Positions 19,457 to 29,435 of a stretch of 64,000 bases of DNA are shown in pieces (position 1 is the first letter of the stretch; each line of letters begins with the position of its first letter). Origin of the DNA: Actinomycetota bacterium (lineage in GTDB: Bacteria; Actinomycetota; CADDZG01; JAHWKV01); contig JBHELT010000083.1 in NCBI GenBank assembly GCA_046262935.1, forward strand, positions 5,360 to 69,359, written 5' to 3'. The position numbers were made by a program, and so were the translations under genes. A model generated the notes under the pieces. That model ran no database searches. It was not told where the DNA came from and was given only the letters and a program-made list of their open reading frames with translations.

Positions 19457-22400
19457 CTAGAAGACTCCTACGAGCGGCTTCCAATCCTTGACACCAAGGC
19501 GGCTTGCGATCTGTTCGGCACGGGCTTCAGCACCAGGTACGCCGATCCCAAAGTGGATACTGACCGCCATCGCTAAGCCTTCTTCATAGAGCGACTTAGA
19601 TTCGATAGCGGTTGCGATCGCCGACCTGACGGCCTCTTTCGAGCGAGCATAGTCACAGCTTTTCGCATGGACCGTGGCCGACAAGCGATCGATCATCGAC
19701 AGCTGCGCTGGACTCAGACCCTTACGATCAGATCCCAGAAGATCGGGCGAGGATCCTTCGAATACCTCCGCCTCGGCCTGCCAAAGATGGCACTGCAGCG
19801 TCAGCCACTCCGAGCCCAAGGCAACCGACCTTTGTTCGGCTTCCTTAAGCATCTCAAGGCCCTCGTCGGGCCGCCCGCCGCGGGCCGCTGCCCTTCCCTT
19901 ATTACTGGTCGCAAGCGCGATGCCAACTTCGAATCTCGATGGCCTCCAACCGTCGAGCGCGTCTTGGAACAAGTTTTCGGCTTCGGCCAATCTCGCCTGA
20001 TCGGAATAGATCTCACCGATGTTATTGGCTATCGTCGCTGTACCGGTTACGTCACCCGAACGTATCCGCACGTCCTTACTGCGTTCGTAATACGAAAGAG
20101 CATCGGTCCATCTGCCTTGATCGTAAGCATCGGCGCCGAGATTGTTGAGAACCCATCCCAACTGCCTCAAGTCCCCGATCTGTTCGTAGATAAGCAGCGG
20201 CATCTCACTGAACTTCCCCGCTTCGGGGTCCCCCAGTGCGCCGTAGATAGCTTGCAGGAGACTATGCGCGTGAGCCAGCCCGGGACGATCGCCTGCTCGT
20301 TCTGCAACTTCGGCGGCTTGTTTTGCGATCGGGATACTTCGCTTCAAGTCGCCTCGCAACCGGACGATATTCGCCCGCCCCACTAAGAACCGGGTCCTCA
20401 ACATAGGATCGTCGCCATGTCGGTCGAGGAGCCCGAGCCCGGTCCCCCAATCGCGCATAGCAGAATCGAGTCTGCCTAGCCGCAGTTCTATCTCGCCGAG
20501 CTGTCGCAGTATCCCGGCTTTCGTCAGCGGATCGGTTGCGAGACGTCGCGCCTTTTTGTAGTAACCGATCGCCTCTTCATAAAGCCCGCTGAACTCTGAG
20601 ACCTTGCCTAAGTCATCGAGTAAGTCGATCACCTGCGAGGTGGATACATCGGGTATGCGACGGCTAGCTTCCAAGGCTCGTTTATAAAAGGTGGCAGCTT
20701 CCGTGTTGGCATAGCGCGACTGGGCCCTCTTGCCCGCGGCGAGACTGTATCGCCAGGCCTTCAGGTGCTCGCCAGCGGCGAAGAAATGGAGTGACAACAT
20801 GTCTTCGGAGTCTTCGTCGTCGCTGGCGGTTGCAAGCATCTCGCTTTCGATGAGAGTTCCCAGCGACGCATGTAGCTGCCTTCGAGACTTGAACGACAGA
20901 CCTTCATAGGCAACTTCGCGAAACAGATCGTGGCGGAACCTGATCTTGGAGTCCTCGGGAACCAGGAAGTATCCGAGGCCACGAGTTATCTCGACTTTAT
21001 GGTCACGACCCAACCGGTGGGACTCATCTACTTGGCGAAGCAGATCGGATTCGAATATCGGCCCTAGCACCGAGGCAACTCTAAGCACCCTTCGCTCTTG
21101 CCTCGAAAGTCTGTCGACCCGAGAGGCGATCATGGCTTCGAGGCTCTCGGGTAATTCGCCGCCGTCGCTTCCAGAGCCTTCTGACTCGATAAGTTCCCGC
21201 AGGAACAGAGGGTTTCCTCCAGACCTGCGAGCGAGTTCCGATATGCGGTGCTGACTGAGCAGCAGCGATCGGCCAGCTTCCTTAGCCATCGCCTTCATCG
21301 CATCGAAGCCGAGCGGCGCGAGTTCCATCTCGAGATCCAATGTGCCAGGGCTGGCTATGTATCCCCGGTCTGGGTACCGGCGCGCGATGATCACCATCCA
21401 CCTTCGCGCCCGGTTGGTTACAACCATGTGATCGATGAGTTCAGAACTCGCCTCATCGGCCCAGTGAGCGTCCTCTATCAGGAAGAGCAACGGACCGGCC
21501 GTAAGAGACTCGATCAGATCCACAACGGCTTCGTGGAGTTTGCCTTTACGAAACGCAGGGTCGAGCGCGTCGGCCTCGGGCGTGGGATCCACCACGGCAC
21601 CTACGACCGCAGCCACCAGTGGCAGCCATCGATGCAAGTGAGGTGCCGAAGTACTGACGACTTCATCGAGAACTTTCCCAGCAGGGGCCGCCCCCAGGTC
21701 AGCGCCTATACCGCACAACTCGCGAACGACCGACGTGAAGATGGAATAAGGCGTTGAAGATCGATATTGGAATGCCTGAGTGGTGATGATGTTCATTCCT
21801 GAAATCTGGCTCACGAACTCCTCGATCAATCGAGACTTACCCAGACCGGCATCACCTGATATCTGCACCGATTGGCCCCCTTGGTGCAGTGCAGCCAGGC
21901 GCTCGTGAAGGCGAGATAGTTCCTCCTGTCTCCCATGAAGAGGGGTCTGCTCCCTGGCCCTGCCTCTTGGATCGTTGCTGATGAACCGGATGTCTACGGG
22001 AGTAACCGCCGCTGACTTTCCTTTCGGCAGGAAGGGTTCGGTTCGCTCGAACTCCACCCGCACGTCCAAGCGGTCGAGCACAGACTCTGTCGTCAGCACT
22101 TGTCCCACGTGAGCCTGTTGCATCAAACGCGCAGCCAGGTTCACTGCATCGCCCATGACTGTGTAAGTCCTACGGAATTCAGTCCCTATCTCACCTGCGA
22201 AAACATGGCCCCGGTTGGCCCCGATCTTCACCGGGAGTTCTGAAGCGTCCGAGATCGTTCGCAGTGCCCTCATCAGACGCTCTTCATCATTGCCGGTTGC
22301 AACAGGAGCGCCTGCGGTCAATATGACCTTGGCGCCGCGCGGATATACGTCCGTTCCCAGGAAACAAACGTCGAAGGAATCGCATGTCCCCTGCACCATC

Positions 22401-23347
22401 GAGATGAATCGCTCAAGGTCCACGGCAAATGCCTCTGGCTGTGCACCGGTAATCATCGTATCGATATCCGTGAAGCAAACGAAACCGATCGACACTCTGC
22501 GATGTTCAGCCTCCGCGTCACCAGATGACACCTGTGCCCTAACGCGTTCGGGAAGGAACGTATACAGATCTATTGGCATCACTGGATCTTCATTCGGTCT
22601 CGATCCAACCAGGGAACGATTGAACTTTTTGAGGATGAAGCCTGCGCCCTTTTGCTCTCCAACAAGACCGTGCTTTTCGAGAAGGACGGCCACCGCCTCC
22701 GACATCACCACCTCACCCGCCTCGGCGATAGTTTCCATGTCCCCGGTGATGGTTGAACCCTCGCCGGCCACTATCAGTTCGCGGTGTGATCCTCCAACCA
22801 AGAAAAAGTCGAACGGCCCTGTGTGCAAACCCGCACTCATGCGTAGTCGAACCGGTCCCGCTGAGGTTTCGACCCGGCCGATGCGCCCTATCTGTCTTTG
22901 CATGCGACTCACCACCTCGGTTGCATGCATCAGATGTTGGTCGCCCCTGAAGAACAACAGCAAGGCATCGCCGCCGAACTTGAGAAGACCACCCCCGTGA
23001 AGGTGGGCAGTCTCCAGAAGGCTAGAAAACGTGGAATGGATCGCGCCTGTGACTTCCTCGGCCCCGACCTTGCCCTTGGATGCGAGCTTCTCCGACATCT
23101 TGGTGAAGCCGGAAAGGTCGGCGAAGATCATCGACCCTTCCAGGCGTCGCCATAGCTTGCCGGGTTCCTCCTGATCCCAGGCGAGGACCAATCTTGGGAT
23201 GAAGGGGACTAAAGCGTCTTCTGGCACGCTTCTATTAAAACCCCCACCGGGCGATGGGGTACAGGGCAACGCCTGGTTCTCTATTTGAACTTGAAATCGA
23301 CGAAGTGGGTTTCGACGCCATTGAACGTTACGAGCAACCTGCGGCAC
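19457..23347 (-). CDS. multidomain regulator: two tandem class III adenylyl/guanylyl cyclase homology domains + P-loop NTPase (AAA_16/STAND-like) + C-terminal TPR repeats
   Basis: Cyclase domain 1 (IFADLSGFT...FGGDALLLFF) and cyclase domain 2 (IGFVCFTDI...YTVMGDAVNLAARL). Walker A GDAGLGKSRL. Multiple TPR-like helices follow. The true start is possibly the GTG at 23227, which would remove the 67-bp overlap with the upstream gene. Confidence 0.8.
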   Translation of the reverse strand: MPQVARNVQWRRNPLRRFQVQIENQALPCTPSPGGGFNRSVPEDALVPFIPRLVLAWDQEEPGKLWRRLEGSMIFADLSGFTKMSEKLASKGKVGAEEVTGAIHSTFSSLLETAHLHGGGLLKFGGDALLLFFRGDQHLMHATEVVSRMQRQIGRIGRVETSAGPVRLRMSAGLHTGPFDFFLVGGSHRELIVAGEGSTITGDMETIAEAGEVVMSEAVAVLLEKHGLVGEQKGAGFILKKFNRSLVGSRPNEDPVMPIDLYTFLPERVRAQVSSGDAEAEHRRVSIGFVCFTDIDTMITGAQPEAFAVDLERFISMVQGTCDSFDVCFLGTDVYPRGAKVILTAGAPVATGNDEERLMRALRTISDASELPVKIGANRGHVFAGEIGTEFRRTYTVMGDAVNLAARLMQQAHVGQVLTTESVLDRLDVRVEFERTEPFLPKGKSAAVTPVDIRFISNDPRGRAREQTPLHGRQEELSRLHERLAALHQGGQSVQISGDAGLGKSRLIEEFVSQISGMNIITTQAFQYRSSTPYSIFTSVVRELCGIGADLGAAPAGKVLDEVVSTSAPHLHRWLPLVAAVVGAVVDPTPEADALDPAFRKGKLHEAVVDLIESLTAGPLLFLIEDAHWADEASSELIDHMVVTNRARRWMVIIARRYPDRGYIASPGTLDLEMELAPLGFDAMKAMAKEAGRSLLLSQHRISELARRSGGNPLFLRELIESEGSGSDGGELPESLEAMIASRVDRLSRQERRVLRVASVLGPIFESDLLRQVDESHRLGRDHKVEITRGLGYFLVPEDSKIRFRHDLFREVAYEGLSFKSRRQLHASLGTLIESEMLATASDDEDSEDMLSLHFFAAGEHLKAWRYSLAAGKRAQSRYANTEAATFYKRALEASRRIPDVSTSQVIDLLDDLGKVSEFSGLYEEAIGYYKKARRLATDPLTKAGILRQLGEIELRLGRLDSAMRDWGTGLGLLDRHGDDPMLRTRFLVGRANIVRLRGDLKRSIPIAKQAAEVAERAGDRPGLAHAHSLLQAIYGALGDPEAGKFSEMPLLIYEQIGDLRQLGWVLNNLGADAYDQGRWTDALSYYERSKDVRIRSGDVTGTATIANNIGEIYSDQARLAEAENLFQDALDGWRPSRFEVGIALATSNKGRAAARGGRPDEGLEMLKEAEQRSVALGSEWLTLQCHLWQAEAEVFEGSSPDLLGSDRKGLSPAQLSMIDRLSATVHAKSCDYARSKEAVRSAIATAIESKSLYEEGLAMAVSIHFGIGVPGAEARAEQIASRLGVKDWKPLVGVF

Positions 23348-26300
23348 AGGCCCGACCAGCCTGTCTTCGGTGTATCAACCACGTCGAGGTACTGGCCCGA
23401 GACCGAGTCGTACTTCAGGCCGATCCCCAAGGAGATGACCGTTGGATCGCTAAGCAGCGATTCGGTCCGGTTCGAATCGCAGCCGATAGCTCTCCATTCG
23501 AGACCAAGGTCCGACTGCTTTAGGCCGTCGTAAGACTTTCCGCTCTGGTCACGCAGGAACCACTTGAGTGGCACGGCCTGGCCCCCCTGCACGGTATTTA
23601 TCTGTCCCGAGGTGCTGTCGGTGCCGGTCACGGGAGTCTTGAAACCATCGAACAGAGAGTGCACGTAATACACGGCGTCTTTGATGGTCACATTGCCCGC
23701 CGCATCTGCAGCCTTCACCTGAAAGATGTTCTTACCGGGCTTGGAGGTATCGATCGCCGTTGACGGTGAGACCGTGCCAACGCACGAGTCGATCGGGGAC
23801 TCGACATCCGAACACGAGTACGAAGCGTTGACAGTCTGACCTAGAGTCAACACCGTTCCGTTGATAGGCGAATCGATCGTTATCTTCGGAGGGTTAGAGT
23901 CGCCGAACTCGCTCGACTTGTTGTATGAACGAGAGACATTGCCATGATTGTCAACAGCCTGTGCGCTGAATTTCAATGAAGGACTACTGGCAGCAGCCGA
24001 TCCGCGGAAGCGGTCCGTGCCGGGCAATTGAGTCAACTTGATGTATCTAAGAGTCCCGCCTTCACTCAGCAATATGGAAGCTCCGGCGATGTCCGTGTGG
24101 TCCGACGGCGTTTCGTCTCTAAGTTCCACCTCGAAGGTTGCGACATAGTTCCCCGGGGTCCCCGAGACGGTTCCTTCGACCCGGTTGAATATGGCCGCCA
24201 GGTTGTCGCTGGTCGATGATGAAAGGTAAAAGACCCTCGTGTTCAATGAGGTGAACTTCCGCATGGTACCTATCACATGACCGTTGGACAAACCAGAAGA
24301 ACGGAACTGAGTAGTCAGCACGTTCAGCCGCTGACGCAGACCCTGAGGCGTTAAGAACGAACTCACATTGGCCGCGATCGGTGTCGAGAGATCATCGAAT
24401 TGAGGTTCGGGTGCGAACCGCGCCTCGTCGACAACCGGGACCGAGATCACAGGGTCGAAACCTGTCAGGGTTTGATAAGTTCCGCCCGTGATGTATACGC
24501 CCTTCGCGACCATCCCATTGACGGTGGCGTCTTGTCCGGTCCTTGCAGCGATCGGTTGATAAAGAGCTTCCTGCGGCTGCTGGTTATCGGCTTGCAAGAT
24601 CGTTCCATCGGGCGTTGTCGTTGATGAATAACTCGGGTTCAGGTCGATACTTGCGGCCTGCAGCGATGTGTCAGGGTCGTTCATGACCACAGGCGGCGTG
24701 GACGCCGGCGTAGTTGGAGCGACATCGAGATGCCACATCGGCAGTCCCCACAAAGTGAGCTCTTCGGAAGATTTCTTCTGAACCGGATCATAGAGATCCT
24801 GCTCGCCGAAGTAGGTGTTCTTGGCGAACTCGAGCGCCTTGCCCGTGCTGTACCCGTTTTTCAGATTCTGCGCGAACAGGACCATGAGGCGCTCAGACGC
24901 TGCGATGGTGTATTTGCCCCCATAGCCGTGTCCGTAGTTAGCGACCAAACCCACTGCTCCTTTCGAAGCTGTGAATTGCGCCCAGTCGTTCAACCTCCTG
25001 GCTTGATCGACCGTAGGCGAAGTGAGCAGTACGTCCTCTGGGTTCGCTCCGAGGTTGCAACCCATGGCGAAGATCAGCGAACCGCTGAGATCTGTAGTTG
25101 AAAGGTCAGCGGTTGACAGCGTTTCTGCCAGGTTCTTGTTGGCATCGCCATTGGCCGACAGGATCTTCGTGTGATTCGCGTGCCCGTTAGGCGAGATGAC
25201 CCGGCCTGTGCCGAAGATCGGCTTCAGCTGCGAGGCCGTCCAGGTGTCGTTGATAAGGGTGGTTGGACCACCGAGGATCTGCTGAAGCGACGTCGCCATG
25301 TCTGACATGAAGTCATATCCGGAGCTTTGCGTCGTGCCAAGTTGCAAGATCCCGTTGGCATTCTTGAAACGGCTTATCCCACCGACGATCTGCGATTCAG
25401 TTTCGCCGAGCCGGCCGATCGCCAGATCAGGGACGTAATGGTAATAGCCGAGCCACGGCACCGGGTTGAAGTCGGCGTAAGGAGCGTCTGACATCACATA
25501 AGAGTCTGCGAAGCTCGCATAGAACGCATTGTTCTTGGCCCCGCCGTCGGTCCGCGTTGTAAACGCAGCCTCTTGGGTGTAATCGAGTTCATTGAAGTAA
25601 GTGTTCAGGTCGGGGATACGCGCTTGCGGCACGATGCGATCAGTTCCGGCGATCACCATGCTCTCGAGCGAGTTAGTTCCGTTCGGTATCAAACCTCTCA
25701 CCAGCGCGTTGATCGAGCGGGTGACAGTATTGGCCTTCTCCGGATCGCACGGATCCTGATCCCATGCTGTATATGCCTGTTGCAGGGCAACTTCGTTCGG
25801 CGTGTCGTTGCGGTCGAGGTTGATGACTTGCCCCATCACGTCTGAGCGATTGATGAACGCTGGATCGCTCAGTGCATTCGCCACGTTGTTCGCGGCAGTT
25901 GACCCATAGCTGTCACCGAACCGCTTCTTGTTGACCAGCACGATCGTCTTGGTCCCCTGGGTCACGATGTTGTTCGCCACCCCAGCCGCTGTCTGGTTGG
26001 GGAATGCGAACGTCGTTGGCGCACATGGGGGTTGTGGGGCGGGGTCGATCACCTGGGCACGCAGGACGGCGGGCTGGTCTGAGGACGCGCTTAGGTACCC
26101 GTTGGCCTGCACTAAGAAGTAGTCGTCGGACGTTAGACCAACGGGCACCGTCACGTCGACCTCTTCTTCGTTCAAAGACCTGCTTGCTGAGATGCCTGCA
26201 ACCGCAAGTCCGCTCTGCAGAGGAACATCTTGCGCGACCTGAGGCTGGGAAGGCTGAGTCGAGCTGTTGACATTAAGGCCTGGGTCCGAAAGAGGCGACC

Positions 26301-28713
26301 CGATGATCGATATATCTCGTAGCGGTGAGCCGATGATCGATATGTCACGCAATGGGGAACCTGCCAAAGACTGGGCAGGACCCGAGTTGGCGGGCAGGTA
26401 AACAACCAGGTCAGCATCGACAGGCAGATGGCTGAGCATGAACCGCACCCGGGTCCCCGCGACGGACTTACCAGATGGCCCAACGGGGACCGGGAGCTTG
26501 AACAGATCGACATCTCCCGGACGCGAGATATGCGTGAAGTAAACGTTGTCGGCCGCCATCGGTGTTGCCGATGCGATCGAATCGTTCGATTCGAAGTTTT
26601 CGACTACGTTCACAGCCGCTCTGCCCGATATCGACTCCGAAAGATCGGGTGCCGCCGTCAACGTAGCTGCCGCACTGAAGGTTCCGAGCTTCCATCCCGG
26701 TCGCGCTTGGAAATCGATCTGGAAGAAACTACCCATGCTTATGGATGTCTGGGTGAGCGTCCATCTAAGTACGTTGCCATCGATGCTCGGATCGCCGAGT
26801 GGCGAGGGCACGCCCGCGCTGGCGTTCTTGATCTGAGCGCTGCCTGGGATATACGAAGAGGTCGCAGGCAGCGTGACGGCCGCGACCGGCGTCGAGTAAG
26901 AACTCGTTCCTGGGTATGCGTAGCTCAGGTGGTACTGAACCGCGTTAGCAGTTGGTCCTGAATATCTGGACAGGTCCTGTAAAGGTACGTCTTCGATCGG
27001 TGTCGAAGCGGCTCCCAGGATCCCGTAAACAACCTCGCCAAGGGAGAATGCATTAAATGATGCAACCGGCGAGCTCCAAACGTTGGTTGAGGTATTCAAC
27101 ACACCGAGGTCGCGGACCTTCGCATTTGCCAGGATGGCGCCGCTTGCAGCGGCACCGGCCAGGTTCTTCGTGCTGTTCGCGTCGCAATCGCCCGGCAGCA
27201 CCTTTGTGCAATCAACTATCGACGCAAGCCTTCCCGCCGTTTGAAGTTCTCCCAACCGGATCGAACCCAGCGGCATGTTCCTAAGTCCAACCGACGAGTC
27301 GAGCCCAGGATGGGCAGGGTCCCCCGCCAGGAGAAAGTCGAGCATCATCGAGCGGGTGAGATTGATATTGCTCATGGCAAGTCCGCTGAGCGGGAAGCCA
27401 CTAACGTCGACACCCGCCAATTCCTGCGCGAATAACGACGCGTCCATACCGCCGAAGCCCGAGCCGCAGTTGGCGAATCCCTGAGCTTCCCATCTCTGAC
27501 AGAAGGTTGGACCCGCAGGCAGGGTTATGTCGCGTGCTCTGACGTTGCCCAACATCCAACCAGCGGCGCTGATCGATCCGAGGCGCGAAGCACTGAAGTC
27601 GATATCTTTGACGGTTACCTTTGCGAGTCCCGGTGGATTAAGTGTTACGACATCTTTTACGGTGATGTTGCTTAGCGTGGCGGCGGCGAGTGCTGAGCCT
27701 GCCAGTACATCGTCTTCCCAGTTGCCTACCAGTCTGGGGAGATCCGGCTTGAGCGGCAGGTCGGACAGAACCATGGTGCTCAGCGCCCCACCAGTTAGTC
27801 CCGACCCGATGATCGAGATGTCACGAAGTGGCGAACCGATGATCGAGATGTCACGAAGTGGCGCCGAGGCCTGTTGCGAAGGGGCACTCGGTTGCGTTGG
27901 GACGTCGGAAACGGGGACCGAACGCGGGCTGGCCCCGATCGAGGGTTGATCAGCAGTCAGGTTGAGACCCGACTGGGGAGGGATCGGGGTGACGTCGGTG
28001 ATGGTGATCGTTCCCCATGATGGGTAGGCGTGATTCGACTGCGGTTGTGAAGCTGTGTCGAGGGTCACGTTGAGGTAGTTGGTTTTAGTTGGGTCGCCGG
28101 GGACGGTGACCGTCTTAGTCCCAGAGGTGTGTTCGATCTGCCCGTCGCCGTAAGAGGTTGCTCCCCAGACGAATCCGAGGCCAGGCAGATCGGTGGTGTT
28201 CAGCGGGTCGGTAAGGCCTAACTGCCAGTAAGGACGCTGCGAAACGCTGACCGAGAATGAATCGTAATATCCCGTGCCGCCGTTGTAAGGGGCGTTGCTG
28301 GACCCAGGTGCGTTGTAGGAATCCCAACTCGAAAGGTCGTAGTTGAAGGTGATGCTGTATGAGCCGCCACTTGGAAGAGCAGCCGCTTCGGAATGCATCG
28401 ATGAGTTCATAGTGCCGCTCTCGGGCCGATCGGCGGTGCCCATCACAACGGTGTTCCCGTCGGCGGATACCTCGGGAGTTTCCGGACATACGTCGCACTT
28501 CGTCCAACTGAGCGTCGGAGTCGCCGCATGCGTTACAGGCAACGGCGACAACTGGAGCATCAACATCGAAAGCACAGCCAAAAGTCCGATGCTACGAAGT
28601 TTGCTGCGCGATGAACGAACCTTCGAAGATGCGAAACGATGCAACACTAGATTCCTCCCCCCAGACGAACGTCTCTGGTGATCTGCGGTGAATGACTGAA
28701 GTCTCTGACGCAC
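23281..28713 (-). CDS. giant secreted multidomain protein (1,810 aa): signal peptide, LRR-like region flanked by SPLRDISIIG tandem repeats, C25 (gingipain)-like cysteine-peptidase candidate domain, C-terminal Ig/PKD-like beta domains
   Basis: N-terminal hydrophobic signal region (LLAVLSMLMLQLSPLPVTHAATP). Two separate tandem arrays of an identical decapeptide. A His...Cys pair in gingipain-like context (ISPNGHANHTKI ... LIFAMGCNLGAN, AIGRL). Repeated LxxLxLxxN-like stretches between the arrays. Confidence 0.75.
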   Translation of the reverse strand: MRQRLQSFTADHQRRSSGGRNLVLHRFASSKVRSSRSKLRSIGLLAVLSMLMLQLSPLPVTHAATPTLSWTKCDVCPETPEVSADGNTVVMGTADRPESGTMNSSMHSEAAALPSGGSYSITFNYDLSSWDSYNAPGSSNAPYNGGTGYYDSFSVSVSQRPYWQLGLTDPLNTTDLPGLGFVWGATSYGDGQIEHTSGTKTVTVPGDPTKTNYLNVTLDTASQPQSNHAYPSWGTITITDVTPIPPQSGLNLTADQPSIGASPRSVPVSDVPTQPSAPSQQASAPLRDISIIGSPLRDISIIGSGLTGGALSTMVLSDLPLKPDLPRLVGNWEDDVLAGSALAAATLSNITVKDVVTLNPPGLAKVTVKDIDFSASRLGSISAAGWMLGNVRARDITLPAGPTFCQRWEAQGFANCGSGFGGMDASLFAQELAGVDVSGFPLSGLAMSNINLTRSMMLDFLLAGDPAHPGLDSSVGLRNMPLGSIRLGELQTAGRLASIVDCTKVLPGDCDANSTKNLAGAAASGAILANAKVRDLGVLNTSTNVWSSPVASFNAFSLGEVVYGILGAASTPIEDVPLQDLSRYSGPTANAVQYHLSYAYPGTSSYSTPVAAVTLPATSSYIPGSAQIKNASAGVPSPLGDPSIDGNVLRWTLTQTSISMGSFFQIDFQARPGWKLGTFSAAATLTAAPDLSESISGRAAVNVVENFESNDSIASATPMAADNVYFTHISRPGDVDLFKLPVPVGPSGKSVAGTRVRFMLSHLPVDADLVVYLPANSGPAQSLAGSPLRDISIIGSPLRDISIIGSPLSDPGLNVNSSTQPSQPQVAQDVPLQSGLAVAGISASRSLNEEEVDVTVPVGLTSDDYFLVQANGYLSASSDQPAVLRAQVIDPAPQPPCAPTTFAFPNQTAAGVANNIVTQGTKTIVLVNKKRFGDSYGSTAANNVANALSDPAFINRSDVMGQVINLDRNDTPNEVALQQAYTAWDQDPCDPEKANTVTRSINALVRGLIPNGTNSLESMVIAGTDRIVPQARIPDLNTYFNELDYTQEAAFTTRTDGGAKNNAFYASFADSYVMSDAPYADFNPVPWLGYYHYVPDLAIGRLGETESQIVGGISRFKNANGILQLGTTQSSGYDFMSDMATSLQQILGGPTTLINDTWTASQLKPIFGTGRVISPNGHANHTKILSANGDANKNLAETLSTADLSTTDLSGSLIFAMGCNLGANPEDVLLTSPTVDQARRLNDWAQFTASKGAVGLVANYGHGYGGKYTIAASERLMVLFAQNLKNGYSTGKALEFAKNTYFGEQDLYDPVQKKSSEELTLWGLPMWHLDVAPTTPASTPPVVMNDPDTSLQAASIDLNPSYSSTTTPDGTILQADNQQPQEALYQPIAARTGQDATVNGMVAKGVYITGGTYQTLTGFDPVISVPVVDEARFAPEPQFDDLSTPIAANVSSFLTPQGLRQRLNVLTTQFRSSGLSNGHVIGTMRKFTSLNTRVFYLSSSTSDNLAAIFNRVEGTVSGTPGNYVATFEVELRDETPSDHTDIAGASILLSEGGTLRYIKLTQLPGTDRFRGSAAASSPSLKFSAQAVDNHGNVSRSYNKSSEFGDSNPPKITIDSPINGTVLTLGQTVNASYSCSDVESPIDSCVGTVSPSTAIDTSKPGKNIFQVKAADAAGNVTIKDAVYYVHSLFDGFKTPVTGTDSTSGQINTVQGGQAVPLKWFLRDQSGKSYDGLKQSDLGLEWRAIGCDSNRTESLLSDPTVISLGIGLKYDSVSGQYLDVVDTPKTGWSGLCRRLLVTFNGVETHFVDFKFK
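26300..26359 (-). repeat. tandem 30-bp coding repeat (x2 plus partial) encoding SPLRDISIIG (array 2)
   Basis: Read from the sequence. The two copies differ from each other and from array 1 only at synonymous positions. Confidence 0.8.
27806..27865 (-). repeat. perfect tandem 30-bp coding repeat (x2 plus partial) encoding SPLRDISIIG (array 1)
   Basis: Read from the sequence. Copies 27806-27835 and 27836-27865 are identical except for the last 2 nt. Confidence 0.85.
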
Positions 28714-28871
28714 TGTCAGTGGACGGTTTGATGGGTTTTGAACCGATTGATTCTAGACCCAAGGTCAATATATTCGCCACAGATGGTGGCCATTCCTGCC
28801 TTGTGGCGAAACTTGCGCGAAAAACTATGGCCAAACCTGTCAAACCGGCAAATCAGGAACGCTTTCTGCGA

Positions 28872-29387
28872 TCAGGCGAGCTCGGTCAGCTTTTGAAGGT
28901 CCCCTAGATGGGCCAAGGTATGGGAAAAGGGACCATCCGGCCCCCCGGTCGCTCCGCCAAGGACGTTACTTAGAGTGCTCACCGAGCCATCGACCCGGGT
29001 TGCCGGAGCGGCCCACTCCTCATCGCTCAAAGTCCTGATGATCTGGACCAACGTCGCGTTCGTTTCCCGGAAGGAGCTAAGGGCTTCGGACCACGGCCTA
29101 CCGGACTTCTCGGCAACTTTGCGTTTGTTGAATGCATCTAAACTCGTCTCATCGGTCACCTGCTGGGCATCGGCGGAAACCGACCCGCCCAGCCAGGATT
29201 GATATGCGTCGATCGCTACCTCTTCCCACGTCTGCAGATGTCCCAACAGATCGTTGGCCGACCAATCACCTCCGCCGATAGTCGAGGGCCTGTTGGCAAG
29301 GTCCTCCGGTAATGAAGTGGCGATCTTCAGAACTTTCTCGGCCGAGGACGCCAAGGTTTCGGCCACCTGGAGACGCTGCATCTTCAT
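28872..29387 (-). CDS. DinB/MDMPI_N-like (mycothiol-dependent maleylpyruvate isomerase N-terminal domain) family protein
   Basis: 171 aa, predicted helical, with the DLLGHL...W motif typical of DinB_2/MDMPI_N domains. Confidence 0.55.
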   Translation of the reverse strand: MKMQRLQVAETLASSAEKVLKIATSLPEDLANRPSTIGGGDWSANDLLGHLQTWEEVAIDAYQSWLGGSVSADAQQVTDETSLDAFNKRKVAEKSGRPWSEALSSFRETNATLVQIIRTLSDEEWAAPATRVDGSVSTLSNVLGGATGGPDGPFSHTLAHLGDLQKLTELA

Positions 29388-29435
29388 GAGCCCGAAATAT
29401 ATCCGTTCGGGTTCCCAGTAGGCAGACAGACCGCG

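Noticed and set aside
26281-27870. Tandem 30-bp direct repeats that might be mistaken for a CRISPR or minisatellite array.
   Set aside because: The repeats are in frame within a long ORF and encode an identical decapeptide. There are only 2-3 copies per site and no spacers, so they are coding repeats and not a CRISPR array.
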